A DNA stretch of 63,812 nucleotides, filler included, from Sphacelaria rigidula (taxonomy: Eukaryota), in the NCBI GenBank assembly GCA_964200075.2. It is 4 parts of 4 records of this genome, joined end to end, with 100 filler letters (N's around TTAATTAATTAA, not from the genome) between each part and the next. Parts side by side here need not be neighbours in the genome. Positions count along the whole stretch, not along the records: positions 1 to 15,887 come from CAXNAA020001558.1; 3 more parts are not named here. One strand, written 5' to 3'. The notes beneath the pieces are model-generated. The model searched no databases, had not been told where the DNA came from, and was given only the letters and a program-made list of their open reading frames with translations. The translations under genes were made by a program, and so were the position numbers. This document shows positions 1-12,942 of the stretch, piece by piece. Position 1 is the first letter of the stretch. Each line of letters starts with the position of its first letter.

Positions 1-194
1 GGGGAAAGCACTGTTTTAGGCTTGAGCCTCATCTCGAAGTTAAACCTCAATTCTCACAATTTGTTGTTCTGTGACGAAACGCGGCGCAATACAACAAGAT
101 CCATGAATTGGATTTCATGATTTCATGCCATAGATGCCCGAACCGGAACATATGATATTAATATGAGGGAGAAACGTAAGATCGTCTCTTGGCG

Positions 195-367
195 ATCAAT
201 CAATGCGCTGCTGTTGGGCGCTTGTTTCGTTTCTCGCTTCGTTTTTGTCTAGGCCCCGTCGGGACATGGAGAACCAAACGGAACAAGCGTCCAAAAGCAG
301 CATGTTGTTGATTGGTCACCGGGCGGGTCTGTGGTTGAGGAACGAGCGTCCAAAAGCAGCATGTTGA
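195..367. repeat. Short hairpin/MITE-like inverted repeat with a partial direct duplication
   Basis: gcgctgctgttgggcgcttgtttcgttt (~205-232) is an imperfect reverse complement of aaacggaacaagcgtccaaaagcagcat (~276-303). The motif gaacgagcgtccaaaagcagcatgttg is repeated at ~340-367. Confidence 0.5.
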
Positions 368-719
368 CTAGTGGGACGTTTCTCGCCTCTTTTTCGTCTC
401 AATAAGACAGGGCCTAAATCCGCATAGCAGCAGTACAGCAGTGCAGTCGTCGGCATGTAAATAGTCACCACGCTTGCGGCATTCGCCTCTTTGGAGTTGA
501 AAGTGCAGTGACGGAGCCGTGGACTCGAAACATATAATAAACAGTCAAAGAATCGGCTGTGTGTCCGCAAAACAACATGCCAATCAATCTTTTTTGAGGT
601 GGAGGTTCGTGGCAACTGGACGGTACTTTTCAGCATGTATTCGGTACTGTTGAGGGGGGGAGGTTTTCGAGTACTGGCTTGGTACATTTGAAGATACCGC
701 AGTATTTGAAAAAAACACA

Positions 720-900
720 GATCGGACGAATCATCGCCGGTTCGAATCACCAAATCCCCGATTGGTCAGACCTGATTGCTTGAAAGAGAGGGAAATGTTG
801 ACCCGTGGTCGAAAAGGTCTCCACTTTTGTACCATTCCACGTACAATAAAGTTTTCATGAAATTGAGAGTAGAGCGCTGATTGAGAGTGGCTTTGGTCAT
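720..900 (+). repeat. Dispersed repeat family A, copy 1 (partial)
   Basis: aatcatcgccggttcgaatcaccaaatc...cctgattgcttgaaag...aaggtctccac matches 8155-8400 (+) and 38290-38540 (-). Confidence 0.75.
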
Positions 901-1023
901 CCAAGAACAAATTGACCGCAGTTTGAAGGCGGCCATTCAAATTTCGCCGTGAAAGCAAGCTCTCAATCTGTAGTCGTTGTCTCTTACATTGCGAAACATG
1001 TCCGATCCTCCATTCGAAAACAC

Positions 1024-1060
1024 ATATATATATATATATATTATATATATATATATATAT
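1024..1060. repeat. (TA)n microsatellite
   Basis: Direct reading of the sequence. Confidence 0.9.
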
Positions 1061-3005
1061 CCTTCATCTCACAAATATTATGTCGTTATTAGAACATATA
1101 GTAGTCCCAACAGAAGTGGAGACGAAGAAAGTATAAATCGGGTATTTCAACATTCAACCTCGGCCGCCCTACCCACCTTTTTCCACTTCGAAGTCTGTCA
1201 AAACCAAAAGCAACACCACGGAAGAGACATACTGCAATACGAGTGGTCAGCCTATACTTTTACGGCACCGAAATATGGAAGGGCAACTCTTGTTTACTAG
1301 TGAGCAACGGCTACGCCTGCGAGGCCCTTTGGCTGCATACACGTTTGGCGAAGCGTACTCTGTGGTTAAACGGATCATAAGTGATCCATAGTTGCAATTC
1401 CAAATGATTCGAAAATAGTTCGAGAAACCGTTCCGAAAAGGACAATCACGCAGCAGCACTGCTCGACGAGTTTTTTTTATCCGATGCTATTCGGAAGGCA
1501 TATGGTGTGTGTAAACTTCGCCGCTGATATCCTAAACTCCATACACCGCATTTGCCACACCCGACGACTCTTTAGTTGTTGGTCGACCCATCCAAGTCAT
1601 CTCATGAAAACGAGGACGACTCAGAGTTGACTCATACAAACATCGGGGAAATGAGGATAATTCAGAGTCAATTCACACGATCACACGATCCATGCAAAAA
1701 CAAACGGAGGACGACCGATGCAGCATCGACTCTGCGCGGACTTCTACGACTCATATATATGAAAAATAACTCTGGGTTAACTCGTGCAAGCAACCCATAC
1801 CGAAAATGAAACTTGTACCTATCCTGTACAGCGACTACGAGGAGCAAGAGCAAGATGCACGGTCATTGGATGTATGAAATGCTGATGTTTTCAATTTTTT
1901 TCCCAAGTTATCTACACTAACCCGCATTCATATAACACACAGAAGTCAGGACTTTCTACGCCACCTTTGACCACTCGGGGGATATTTGAGGTAAACCACG
2001 AGATTGCTGCGACGGGGTCGGGATCCCGCGGTGCCATACAGTACTAATTGATACCACAGCCAAAAGCTAGCGAATGCCGAATGAGCCGACGGGAGACTAC
2101 ACCAGAAATAATTTCCGGTTGGCTTTGCATCTGAGTCGCTTTCATCATGATCTCATTTCAACAAGCGCGATACAAATGGAAACGATTGTAGAACCCACTT
2201 GCTTCCACAAAAGACTTGCCACGGAACCTCGACGCTTCGGAGCTCTCTTTGCCACGAGACCAACCTTGAAGCCCTCGTCAGAATAATGCCAGAGACTACG
2301 TGCATTAAAATTCAAGCCTGCTGTCGTATTTCACGCTGAAGCACTTGCGCGCGACGGGTCGGACAAACACTCATGACAATAAGTAGACCCCTTCTCATCG
2401 CGCTTCTCCCCGTGGCAGCGTCGAGCGCTCTTAGGATATGCGTATCTATCCGGGTGGTGCCTGTATTATCGTCCCATTGACATTATCCCTGTGGACGAAA
2501 AAATGATCAACTGGTTCCCCGAGCTTCGGTCCGTACGTAGTCCACACAGTTGTTTGCTCCGTGTGGACCTAGATAAACAGCAAGGAGGAAAATTTAGCAG
2601 AGGGAGCGGGGAAGGCCCTTGCAGTTGACCAACTAGTGGCTTTCCTTTTTGAACGAGCTAAATGGTTAGCCAAATAAGGTTGGGATTGACGGTACTCCTC
2701 GCGTGCGAAAATTTCGTCTATATGACGTAGCTGTTTATTTGGATGTAGACCGAACATGAGTTTTTCATTATTGGTGGGGGGTGTTTCTCATAATTTTGCT
2801 ACACATTTATACTTTCTTACTACGGAACATTGCCACCGTCTGTGGTGTAATGGATCCTCGATCGACGTTGGACGTAGGTTCCTGCCACTCGAGCCTCTGT
2901 CTCGCGTTATGGGGGGCCAATCCCGCATATGCATTGTTATCCCCTCAATCGTACCAACTGTCAACACATCTACAATAGAAGTCGTCAAATGACAAAGATT
3001 CTTAC

Positions 3006-6000
3006 CGTTGTCACCACGGACGGTATACCCTCTTGGCACATGAAGAACGTGTCCACGTTGTCGAGATGCAGCTTGCTGTACAACCGATAGCACCGGGATG
3101 GTTTCAGAGTTATGGTTAGTTACGTTCGGATTCTGAGCACTGTAGTCAGAACAGTTCGTTTACACTGCGATGAACGACCAACCACCCAGAGTCTGTACAG
3201 GTAGCAATGCAGCACCATGCGGTCGCCGACTCTGAATTGCATTTAACCGACCCGAGTGCTCTCATTCTTTGTATATCTCTGTGTACATATGAAATCCGTT
3301 TCACCTTGGGTCGGCCACGACAGGTTTGGGGTCAGTTCGAGGGTATTTAAGGTGCAGGCAGTCCACAAAAGTCATGTCTCTCCGTACGGCGCGATTGGCG
3401 GCCAGCTTTTCGGCGACGATGGTCATCATCTTGGGGGTGATGTTGTTTTCTTCCACGTTGAATATCTGCGAACCGGACGAATGGGGTCCAACAATCGAGT
3501 GCACTGTCGAGTCGGAGAATGAATTAATGGGCTTCGTCAACACTGGCCAGATTTATAGCCCCAAAATGTTTGCCCTTTCCAAACAGCAAGAAGAATACCC
3601 CCAATACTCCGCAAAGGTGTCATGCGACATGAAACTAACTTGAAGCCAATCAGCAATACACACACACACTGGGTGCCTCACCGTCACTGTATTATTGGAG
3701 CTCAGCAATCGCATGAGATAAAACCCGTAAGGCTCGAACTCGCTGCAGGATATATGGTTGCCTGCCATGTTTATCTCGGTCAGCTTGATATTGCGCTGCA
3801 GGAGCTCGCCCATGTCATACAGGCTCCTCTCATCGACCTGTGCAAATGTAAAATATTGCACACATCGGATTGCTCATGAGCCACCTAGAATAACTAATCG
3901 AAGAGAAGTCTCAGATCCGTCGTCCAAGAATACAAAGTTCGTGACCGCGGGGTCATAGAAGCAAAGGTGCAAATCGCTGTAGGAAGCAAATATGAGAAAG
4001 GAGGCCACATGAGCTAGCTCGCGATCCGGATGAGTACACTCATGATACTGTAAGTGATTTTCAGGCAGCTAGCTCATGAGCTGTCTGACGTGTAAAACAT
4101 TGGTGTGCCGGATGTCAAGTGAACAACGCCATCTGTCACAGGAAAATCATGATTTTTAAAACTGTCTCATTTTTTTCTTGCGCCTTCAAATGTGCTCCTA
4201 AGCCCGAGTCCCCGTAGTTGACCGCAATTATTGTAAATTTCGGCGCAACCGATTATCACCGGAAACAAAAGCGGATCACGGACGTATTCATACCTGGTTA
4301 CAACTCAAGTCCAGCGATCGCAGCTTGGTCTGTTTTCGTAAAGCCAACATGAGGGCCGTGAAAGCTCTCCTGACAAGGTATCAGATGGCAACCGCTCGTC
4401 AGAGACGTGAAGATTCCTCCAGTGAAAGGGACGCTCATGTCGTAGTGTCCAAGAGGACCAGAGCGTTTGACTTCACCGACTTTTAGGGAACATTCGGCAG
4501 CGGAACTAACACTCGTTGCAAGAACAACTCACGTGGAAATTGCGTTGTTTTTGAGGTCCACACGAAGCAGGCCGTCTGGTCGATTCTGCATGCAGTGAGC
4601 AACAACCATGCTTTCCACGTATCCAAGCCCCCACCTGCATTGTGGATATCACATCACACCACTTTCAGAAATGAAAAAGAGAATTAGGCCGCCTGCCGTC
4701 AGTTCCCCGCCCAGCACTTGGCCAACACGCTATTGGCCAGCTGGATGTCAGCTTCTCTACGGTCCTTAACTCCAGTCTGAGTCTTGCAGCATGCACCCTA
4801 TATTCACGACCTCATGGATGCACATGCCAACTATTAGAAGAGAGATGCCACACCCGGTTAGGTCCAGTACGGTAGAACCCTCTGCTGCCAGAGCTGCTAG
4901 CTCCATCCCGTTTATCATCAACAAGTTTGACTTATTTGCAGCCCTCAGCAACTCCTGGATGTCCTCGTCTTCGAGACCTGCGACACGGTATCGCACTCAT
5001 TGTTCGACCTCCTATCCATGAGTTTGACCAGATCCCTGTCCTGCATAGTAGCCCCTTCCATGATTTCCATACGCTGGATGTCGAGGAAAGCACAGGTGGC
5101 ACCACTGCCATGCTCGCGGGCACTGGTAGCATTCGTTAAGTTGATTCTTGGACCAACAGCCTGTGCTTGACGCTGGTCGCAATTTCGTGCAAACCTCGAC
5201 TACAGTTTCTCCGCTACCTCGACACGCAAAAACTTGGGGTGCGTACCTCGACAGTCTCTCATGTCGAGGGAAGTGATGCGCTTGTTCACCATCAGTACGT
5301 CTGCCAGGGCCGAAGTCATCGTCTTGGTGAACGTGCATGTTCTCAGGCAGAGCTGCGTGTTCAAGATGTTGCAGCGAAGAGTAAGCCAGACTAGACGACA
5401 TACTCACACTTAACTAACTCTTCGGAAAAAGAGGAGCGTAGTATCGCCAGAAAATATATAGTGTAAGTCTATTTACCATGCGTCCGGTTCATGGCATACC
5501 TTGCAGTACCTATCGCCCACTTGCCGTCACCGTGTTCGCATACTGCCGTGCACACACTGCCGACTGCATGCTTCACCTGTTCCACGCGACCATTCCATGC
5601 CAAGGCTTGGGCCAAGGCCACGAAATTCGAGTCCGGCAGAAAGCAACGACTGAGGTCCAGGGTCCTGAAAGCATAATTTTTTCGTAGTAACTGACGACCG
5701 TACGAAGACGTGCAGAACAGTTGCGTGTGGGTAACGAACACGCGGCGAACGTGCGGATTTTGAAAGTAGACCTGCCACCCGTTAACAGCGACGACGAATT
5801 ATGCGAGGCATTTCTTGTGGCTCTTTGCAACCTCTCGCCGGGTCTTGGCTTTCGATCGTGAGAGGAGTTGTTTTATCGTGGCATTTACATGAAAACGAGC
5901 GCGTTATCAGGATCCATGACATGACTCACGTGCACGATAACGTCCACATCTTCATCTAGAAGAGGCAACCCGGCCACGGTTAAGCTTCCCATGGCAGCGT

Positions 6001-6103
6001 CGGCCTCCTCATGGCTGGAACCGCCTCGTCTATTGTTTGGGCCGAGGAAACCAAGGGCACCGCAGGGACACGCACGTGCGTAGATTGATTGGCCTTGCAT
6101 ACC
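3006..6103 (-). CDS. Multi-exon leucine-rich repeat protein (RNI/NLRC3-like LRRs)
   Basis: Phase-compatible AG/GT-bounded exons: 6103-5930, 5690-5577, 5352-5247, 4977-4854, 4634-4533, 4369-4294, 3837-3682, 3465-3305 (or to stop at 3301), and probably 3075-3006. Spliced peptide: ...DEDVDVIVH|LLRKNYAFRTLDLSRCFLPDSNFVALAQALAWNGRVEQ|LCLRTCTFTKTMTSALADVLMVNKRITSLDMRDCR|GLEDEDIQELLRAANKSNLLMINGMELAALAAEGSTVLDLTG|WGLGYVESMVVAHCMQNRPDGLLRVDLKNNAIST|RAFTALMLALRKQTKLRSLDLSCNQ|VDERSLYDMGELLQRNIKLTEINMAGNHISC...SNNTVT|IFNVEENNITPKMMTIVAEKLAANR. Repeated LxxLDLxxN/C motifs. The 5' and 3' ends are uncertain. Confidence 0.85.
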
Positions 6104-7343
6104 CTGTTATTCGATGGCTTCTTGCTCCTTATCCCGAGCATTGTTCAATACTAGGTTGAATTGTAGGCTCAGCTACTATTGTAGTAGATTGTCTGAACAG
6201 TATTGAAGGGGGTGAAGGATATAGCATCTGTGATGCAACATGCCGGCCTCTGGAACAGACTAGCCAAGATTTGCCGAATATTCTGCCAAGGTGCTTGTCG
6301 ACTTCGACAGCGAACACGTTCCTTAACGCACCCTTGGAAGTAAGCGGGAAACACCCGAAGCCCCCACTTTTCAATCGCGGTTGCCACAGTTCGCTCCAGT
6401 TCGGCTTCCCGCACGCTTCGTTGCCTCGCACGTTGTCTGCATTTCGTTACATTCGATATATCGTGGGCCAACTTCTAGCGTCAGATTTGCGTGGAAATGA
6501 AGCGAGGTGTTGATATAACCACGGGATGCTTCTATGAGTTTCTATCCCACGGAGGTGCCGCATCTATTTGCTGTCTGTGACATAGAAAACACCATATGCG
6601 ATGTTTTTTCGAGAAAACGACCAAGAGGCGAATTCATAGTGACCATGCGCACGGGGTCCGATAAAAACCGGACCATGTGTGAGTTATATCTTCACCGCTC
6701 AGACAGAGGGAAAACGAACAAGTAGGTATCAATGTGCGCCTGCATGATTTGCCCCGCACCTGAGCAAGACGGCGGCTGGCTCGTACGCAGTCAACAATAG
6801 GCTTGTTCGCCGCCCACCCCCTGGCAGGAAGTTTTCTTCGAAAGCAATTTCGCCATGCATCGCTCGTGGAAGTGTGTGACGTCGGGGTTGGGGAACCGCC
6901 ACCTGCTAAATCACCAGAATTAGAGTTGTCTACCCCGAGCCACAACTATTGAATCCAAAGAGGAATTAGGATGACATTGTCCCACGTGGAACACAGAAAA
7001 TCCGCCCAAATAACAAAACTCGTACCATGGACACTTGGATGGATGGGCACCATACTACATACATCGGAGTTACCAATCATGGGTCGACTCACCGGCACTC
7101 GACGGGCAAGATCTCTTCGGGACATACGCTCCAGACCCCGGAGTAACACACGCGAACTCTGTGAACAGGAATTACGACGGAAAGGTTGTTAACCACGGAT
7201 GATACTTTCCTCGAAAGGGATACACGGTAACGTTAGACGTGCGCATATCCCAACCAGACTACGTTCAAAGTGACTGCATTAGTCGTTGGTACGCAACACA
7301 CAACCAGCGCCGAGCACAGCTCTTCGCCTCTCGACGCCATACA

Positions 7344-7853
7344 TTAATCAAGTTGATAGAGCATAGACTCCTCCTCCTCAGCCTCCTCTGCATATCGCTC
7401 GCTGTTCATAGTCATACAAACCGTACCGTATTGCACCTCGTGGAAGCCCACCTGAACATCCCTGAGGGAGTTTATTGCCCCCTCTTGATCAGCGCAGATC
7501 GCGTCAATATCGTCAGACTTCAACTGACGCAGCGTCGGTTGAATTTTTGCTGTGGTTCCTTCATGCCTTGGGGTTCCGCCTTGACTCATTCCAGTACTGA
7601 TTTTTGCCTCAGTCGCCCTGACGTCTGATCGATGCTTGAGCAAAACGTCGCTCTTGTAGTAGAGGGTGGTTGGATGCATACTAGCTGGAGCACCTTCTTC
7701 TTGAAGGTAGTGCCCGTGAGCATCGATAGGTTGCAGAAGTTGATCACCTCCATCTGCGGGTGAAGTGGTTTCGACGGGTCCGGAAGCCTCCGCAACCTGC
7801 GAGGTCAATTCATCGACTGGGTTTTTGAGCGCGCGCAGAATACCTGAAATCAA
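7344..7853 (-). CDS. Putative small spliced gene or exons of unknown function
   Basis: Candidate AG/GT-bounded exons encoding MEVINFCNLSMLTGTTFKKKVLQL (~7753-7682) and LKSDDIDAICADQEGAINSLRDVQ (~7523-7452), with an acidic segment downstream. No recognisable domain. Confidence 0.35.
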   Translation of the reverse strand: MISGILRALKNPVDELTSQVAEASGPVETTSPADGGDQLLQPIDAHGHYLQEEGAPASMHPTTLYYKSDVLLKHRSDVRATEAKISTGMSQGGTPRHEGTTAKIQPTLRQLKSDDIDAICADQEGAINSLRDVQVGFHEVQYGTVCMTMNSERYAEEAEEEESMLYQLD

Positions 7854-8154
7854 GGGCGGAGCTAAGCCGTACTTGTCGTTGGCTACCGTGGTAAGTTATC
7901 ACATTCACCATTTTCCCATGCAGGTCATATGTGGTGCATGTACGTTATACCCAAAAGTGCATCAATTCTCGCTATTTATAGTCAACGGATAACAAGGGAC
8001 GCAAAAAAGGACAGAGTTGCGTAGCGGACAGGCCAGAGGGGTCAAATCTCAAGCTTGGCCGAAAAATAGAGAGATTTCACCCACACACGGAGCGAGAAAG
8101 GGGTGAACGGAGACCTCAGGCGACAGTCCGCTTCGTTCCACGCCAATAACTGCA

Positions 8155-8400
8155 CGGTTCGGAAAAATCATCGTCGGTTTGAATCACCAAATCCACGATT
8201 TTTCAGGCCTGATTGCTCGAAAGACAGAAAAAAGTTGACCCCTCGTCAACAAGGTCTCCACGCAATTTTTGCGCCATTTCACGTGCCTGGGCTACGCGTA
8301 CCTGGGTTGCAACGCTGAAAACAAAGCCCAATGATTCATTCATACAGTACGAATAAACCACATTAAAATCAAGTAATTTCCAGACAAATCATTCATTCGT
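8155..8400 (+). repeat. Dispersed repeat family A, copy 2
   Basis: About 250 bp matching the reverse complement of 38290-38540 (shared motif cacgtgcctgggctacgcgtacctgggttgcaacgctgaaaacaaagccc). Confidence 0.8.
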
Positions 8401-8635
8401 CCGACCTGTGAATAACTGGTTTACTGGTGTGAATTTTGATGAAAAAACACTAATTCATCGCACCCCAGAGTGTTTTGTCAGAGGTCAAAGAGAGCAAAAA
8501 CATATGTGCGTGTGGCCTCTAAGCCCACGCACTGACCCCTCTTCCCGAGAACATTCGGTGTAACTTCTTTGACCGAAGTGTAGGGGCGGTATTTGTCCAC
8601 TGCCCCATTGAAAACGAATGATCCTACAACAAGAA

Positions 8636-9078
8636 GGGGGAGGGGCGCGGGGGGGAGGGAGGGGTGTACTCATTTGTTGCTAGTCTTAGTCGTTTGACCA
8701 TTGACCACGCGTCCCTTTCGAGATGGAGTACCATTCCTGCTCCTAATAAAGCCACCTTCAACATTCCAGCGCTCATTACGTTTCTTCCATACATTACACA
8801 AAAACATTTCACATATCTTCTCCCCGTCCTGTTTCGCCGTCTGTGGCCACCATCTACCTCGTAGTATAGCCATCATTTTTCGTTTCTGTCCAATGCATCA
8901 AACGATTTCATGCCACCTTCGTTCACGTCCCGCATCTCCCCCTCCAGCACGTCCCGTTCCTCCTTGTATAGTTCACATTTTACCACTAAATGACTTCTGA
9001 TTTCTATTGTTTGCCACAGGGGCAGTTCTGTGCATCTGCTTCCTCCTCCACACGACTACTGGGGCAGGGGGGGGGGGT
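8636..9078 (-). mobile_element. 5'-truncated LINE 3' fragment
   Basis: The reverse complement matches the 3' end of the LINE at ~56350-56735 (RVEEEADAQNCPCG; agatggtggccacagacggcgaaacagga; aaatgagtacaccccc). Confidence 0.8.
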
Positions 9079-9265
9079 GTTGATCGCACGAAATGAGGGT
9101 GGTAATGGGCGCGTTACACGACCTGAGTACACGAAAATTCTACTTAATAGTCGACGAGGCAAAGGGACTGCTGATCCCCTCTCGCGATAGAAAATAAAGG
9201 CAAGCACCACAGAAGAAAGGTGGGGTACTAGAAACAAATGAAAATAAAAAAGTTCCAGTGTCGAC

Positions 9266-11847
9266 CTTCCTCCTGTGTGACCCCGGCTGGTGCGTCCACA
9301 TATACCGAAAGGTGTAGACCGGCATCAAGAATAGATGGGACGACAACACAAACGACCTCACACTCGTTGTGCGCCTGTGCATATGTGGCCGAAATGTCGG
9401 TCGGCGATGTGAATTCGTGTGTTGTGTTGATACAAAGAGCATTCGAATAAAAAAGGCTCCTTGCAGCGACTTGTCGCCATGACTTCGTGCAATAAATGGC
9501 TCGAAACACCCCCTCTATCATGGGATCAATTAGACATTTTGAGCAACAAAGTTAAACCGCCCAATGACGGGTAGGATGAGTATAGGAGCTGACCCAGCGC
9601 TGAAACTTTCCCCCCCATGTGTTCTTACCTGGTACGCATGGTGGTCGTTGCAATCCTCTTCATCGTCAGGACAGGTATATTCAAGCCCATCTACGCTAAC
9701 GGCGGACTCTCGCGACCCGCTCGGCGACTGTTGGCGGTCGTCGAGAGCTGATGTACTTTTAGATCGGCGCCGAGGTGATGGTGATAGCTCATCCCGCACT
9801 GCATTGGCCTGTGGCACAAGATGTTCATGCTGCGCAGTCTGCGCCGGACCAGCATCCTCGCTGTTGTTGCGATTCTCTGATTTGTTACGTGCAGGGCGCA
9901 GGTCTGGCTCAGGAAGAGGGAGTCCTCGCTTGGCACATCGCACATGGTGCATCGCTTGGGAAACTTCCTGTTTTGGTTGTACCAGGTAAGAGACTAGCAG
10001 TGATAGACCGTCCATTTTATTTTCTAGTTGGGGTGTTCCCTCGAAGATGCGGGAGTTGGTGTGACCGTTTGGACAAGTTGCACAAGACTTGTTCAGGTGC
10101 CAACGTGAGCGTGATCAGATCAGTTTTTACTGTACCAAGCAAGCGATGGTTCCCAGCGAGCCTTACTCGAACACTTCGGAATTGTGAAAAAGTATCGCCC
10201 CAAAGTCCATATTTACGGTGCTGTGCTGTGCCGAGTTAAGTGCCGCTACAGCCAGACTGGTAAGCATCTCAACGCGACATGCCCGTGCTTCGCCGTGTTA
10301 GGATACTGACACAAGGGAGGTACCGTAGCACTCTGGCAGCCATTCCCACGGTATTGTTGACAAGGGTGAGACTACTCCCATTTAATCATTGCCATGGGCG
10401 AGCAGTATATACAGAACTCCGTGTTGTTCGGTGCTGTGCTTTTACTGGCAGAAGGCTGCGCCTTGGACATCTATGCTGGAAAATATCAGACGCTCCCATA
10501 TGAATGTTGCAGCTCTCGTTTGCAACAAGCTCGTGTGCTTGCTGTGCCTACACGTCAGATATTGTGCATAGATATCCAAGAGGTTCTCGGTGCTGTCGTG
10601 TGGATCTGATTCCAACAACGATATATTTGGTGAGGTGAGCTTTAATGTTTTTGGTCACAAGAAAGGGTGAAATTTGCAGAGGCCTCCATTATTTTCGTTA
10701 TCTCTGCGCACAAGAGATGGACGACACCCTCTACGTAGAAGATTCAGCGATAACACACGATGTCCTGTAGATGGAAGGCTCAGCAATAACTAGCTCCTTC
10801 GAGAAGTATTTTTTTCGGTGCGATCGGCGAGCTTGTCTTGAATTTTTTCTTCTGTCAAGTAATCTGCGGTTTCTGCACAAAACCCGCCATCATGCTACAA
10901 TGAGCAATCTCTGACGACCCCAACGCTGTATGCAGGCGCCGTTGAAAGCTCTTGCCTGCACAGCTTTCCGCGCATATATCGCACCCGCATTAGCCGTGTG
11001 GGCGATGAGGATATGCGTGTAGCATGTGGGGATCAAAATGAATGTCTTGGCTCACACCACCATAGCACGAGGGTCGGCAACGTCTCTGAGAAAACTGTGT
11101 GTGGATGACTACGTCGATGGATAGGTATGTGATGCAGGACTACTCGAGGGTTACACGAACGTGCAGCTCCAGTGCTTTTTCGACCCACTTCCGCCGGTAC
11201 AAACTCTGAGAGGCAACGTTCTGTCCGCATCTTGGTCGGACAATGCCCATACTGTGGATACTGTTTTTCGCGGTAGGCCGCACCTACGCAGTAGACCTGC
11301 TGCACGTTTCCCGCTGATGTAGCCACTTGCTTCCGTGTCTATCTTCGCGATTTTTTCCGCGTACTTTGCGGCACCCTGCACGGGTGTGTGTGGTGAAAGC
11401 GGCCTTACAGCCTCTGGTGAACTTTGGCGGCCATCGTGCTCGGTACAACACCCGACGAAGCTTGATAATCCATTTAAGCATAATACATACCCACTCTCTG
11501 GTATTCCGCCTACTCACTTGCTGCTCTTCACGTGTGTCTTGCTCGGAGTTGCGCACCGCAAAACCTCGCGATTCTTTGGAAAGCTCAAGTTGCTGGTCCT
11601 CGCCGAGTAGAGATGCCATCCGCGATCGGCGCTTAGGCGAGCGTGGTAGCTTCGTCTCCTTGCTTCTGCTCTTGACTACGGGATCCGTTTTTCTTATGTT
11701 GTTGCTCCTGCTGCTCCCGCTGCTCCTCCTGCTGCTGTCGCTGGTGCGATTCTTAGGCGTTTCGGGAGCAAGGTCACGCTTTCGCTTGTGCGGAAGCGGA
11801 AGTCCTCGCTTACAGCATTGAACAAGGTGCATCGCCACGCAGAACTC
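9266..11847 (-). CDS. EH (Eps15 homology) domain-containing protein, partial (5' exons not located)
   Basis: Phase-0 exons: 11847-11491 (EFCVAMHLVQCCKRGLPLP + Ser/Arg linker), 11375-11205 (GAAKYAEKIAKIDTEASGYISGKRAAGLLRRCGLPRKTVSTVWALSDQDADRTLPLR), 9967-9629 (EVSQAMHHVRCAKRGLPLP + linker), and probably 9374-~9266. The joined peptide fits the EH consensus Y..F..LD....G.ISG..A...L..SGLP...L..IW.L.D.D.DG.L...EF..AMHL......G.PLP. Confidence 0.85.
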
Positions 11848-12848
11848 CTGGTAGTTTAATGCGAGAAGTGAGACGCTGAATATGGTAGTCCGTGAACAAC
11901 ACTCGTTCGTGAGGAGTGGACAGTATAGGCGGTGAAGATCATTTTGATTTCGATAACGGACGGCCAAAGCGTATTGTGAACAGTAAACACCGAAATGCTG
12001 AAGACTACGGTGAATTTCCCTCACAGGCAGGTTTAGGGTGAATGCCTAAAATATATTCCCCACTAGATACAGAACGCAAAACTGACCTGATAGAAGCATA
12101 TTTGGTATCATAGTGACCCCCACGACCAAGCGAACAGTGTGACATAACCAGATTTTCTGGCATCCTTTGCCGTGGCGCTGGTAGTGAAAGTTTTACCCGG
12201 CCAATCGGGGGTCTTGAAATTGTCCCGAAATTTAAAATACAAATTTCTGACGCAACTTGCATCCATTCTCATCACGAATCAGACCTTTCTAACCGCCATC
12301 AGCTAGGGAATCTAACGCGAAAATGAATGAAAGACGGTTTGTGTGGGATCGAGTTACACCCTCAAACGTGGTATTTCGATGACGTGGGGTTTTGGCGTCG
12401 CCGGATTTCCACGGTTGACTTGCATCGAAGACCCAGAAAGCCTCTTGACGTTTTCCCTTGTAACTTTCGTAGATAGGCTTCGCTTATCCCCAAACTTGGC
12501 AATTTGGTAGAAACGGGTGCTACGAATGGGGGAAAAAAAAAGTTGAGCAATATTCAAAAGCTTACCCGCTCTCTACCGGCTTCTGGGGGTCCCAGCGTGA
12601 AGATCCTCCAAAAGCCGGTACACATTACTTCGAAATGAAGAAAAAAACAATTTTGAGTCGTCTCGAGGTAGTTCAAGGATCGTTTGTAGAAAATTTTGTT
12701 GCGGAACTCGAAAAGCTGATCCCAAACGATCGATTCAAGCTCAAGCGCACGAGGAAAACGTCGGTTGGATTCTATAATCAGGTAATTATATAAAAAGGTG
12801 CTTCCTTGACAGACACTTGTGGGAATCTGTCCCTTCTATGTGGTGGTT

Positions 12849-12942
12849 CCCCCCCCCCCCGTGAAGGCTGCCCCGTCTCGAAAGGGATGCATGGTCAATG
12901 GTCAAACGACTAAGGCAAGCAACAAATGAGTACGCCCCCCCC
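12849..12942 (+). mobile_element. Very short LINE 3'-terminal fragment between oligo-C tracts
   Basis: ccgtctcgaaagggatgcatggtcaatggtcaaacgactaaggcaagcaacaaatgagtacgcccccccc matches the LINE 3' end. Confidence 0.75.

Noticed and set aside
2500..8000. Endogenous giant-virus (phaeovirus) insert or decayed intronless genes
   Set aside because: The fragments resolve into GT-AG spliced host exons, and no viral hallmark genes were recognised.
3006..11847. Single fused EH + LRR gene
   Set aside because: The genes share a strand and contig, but I could not establish a phase-consistent exon chain across 6.1-9.3 kb. Left as separate genes pending RNA-seq.
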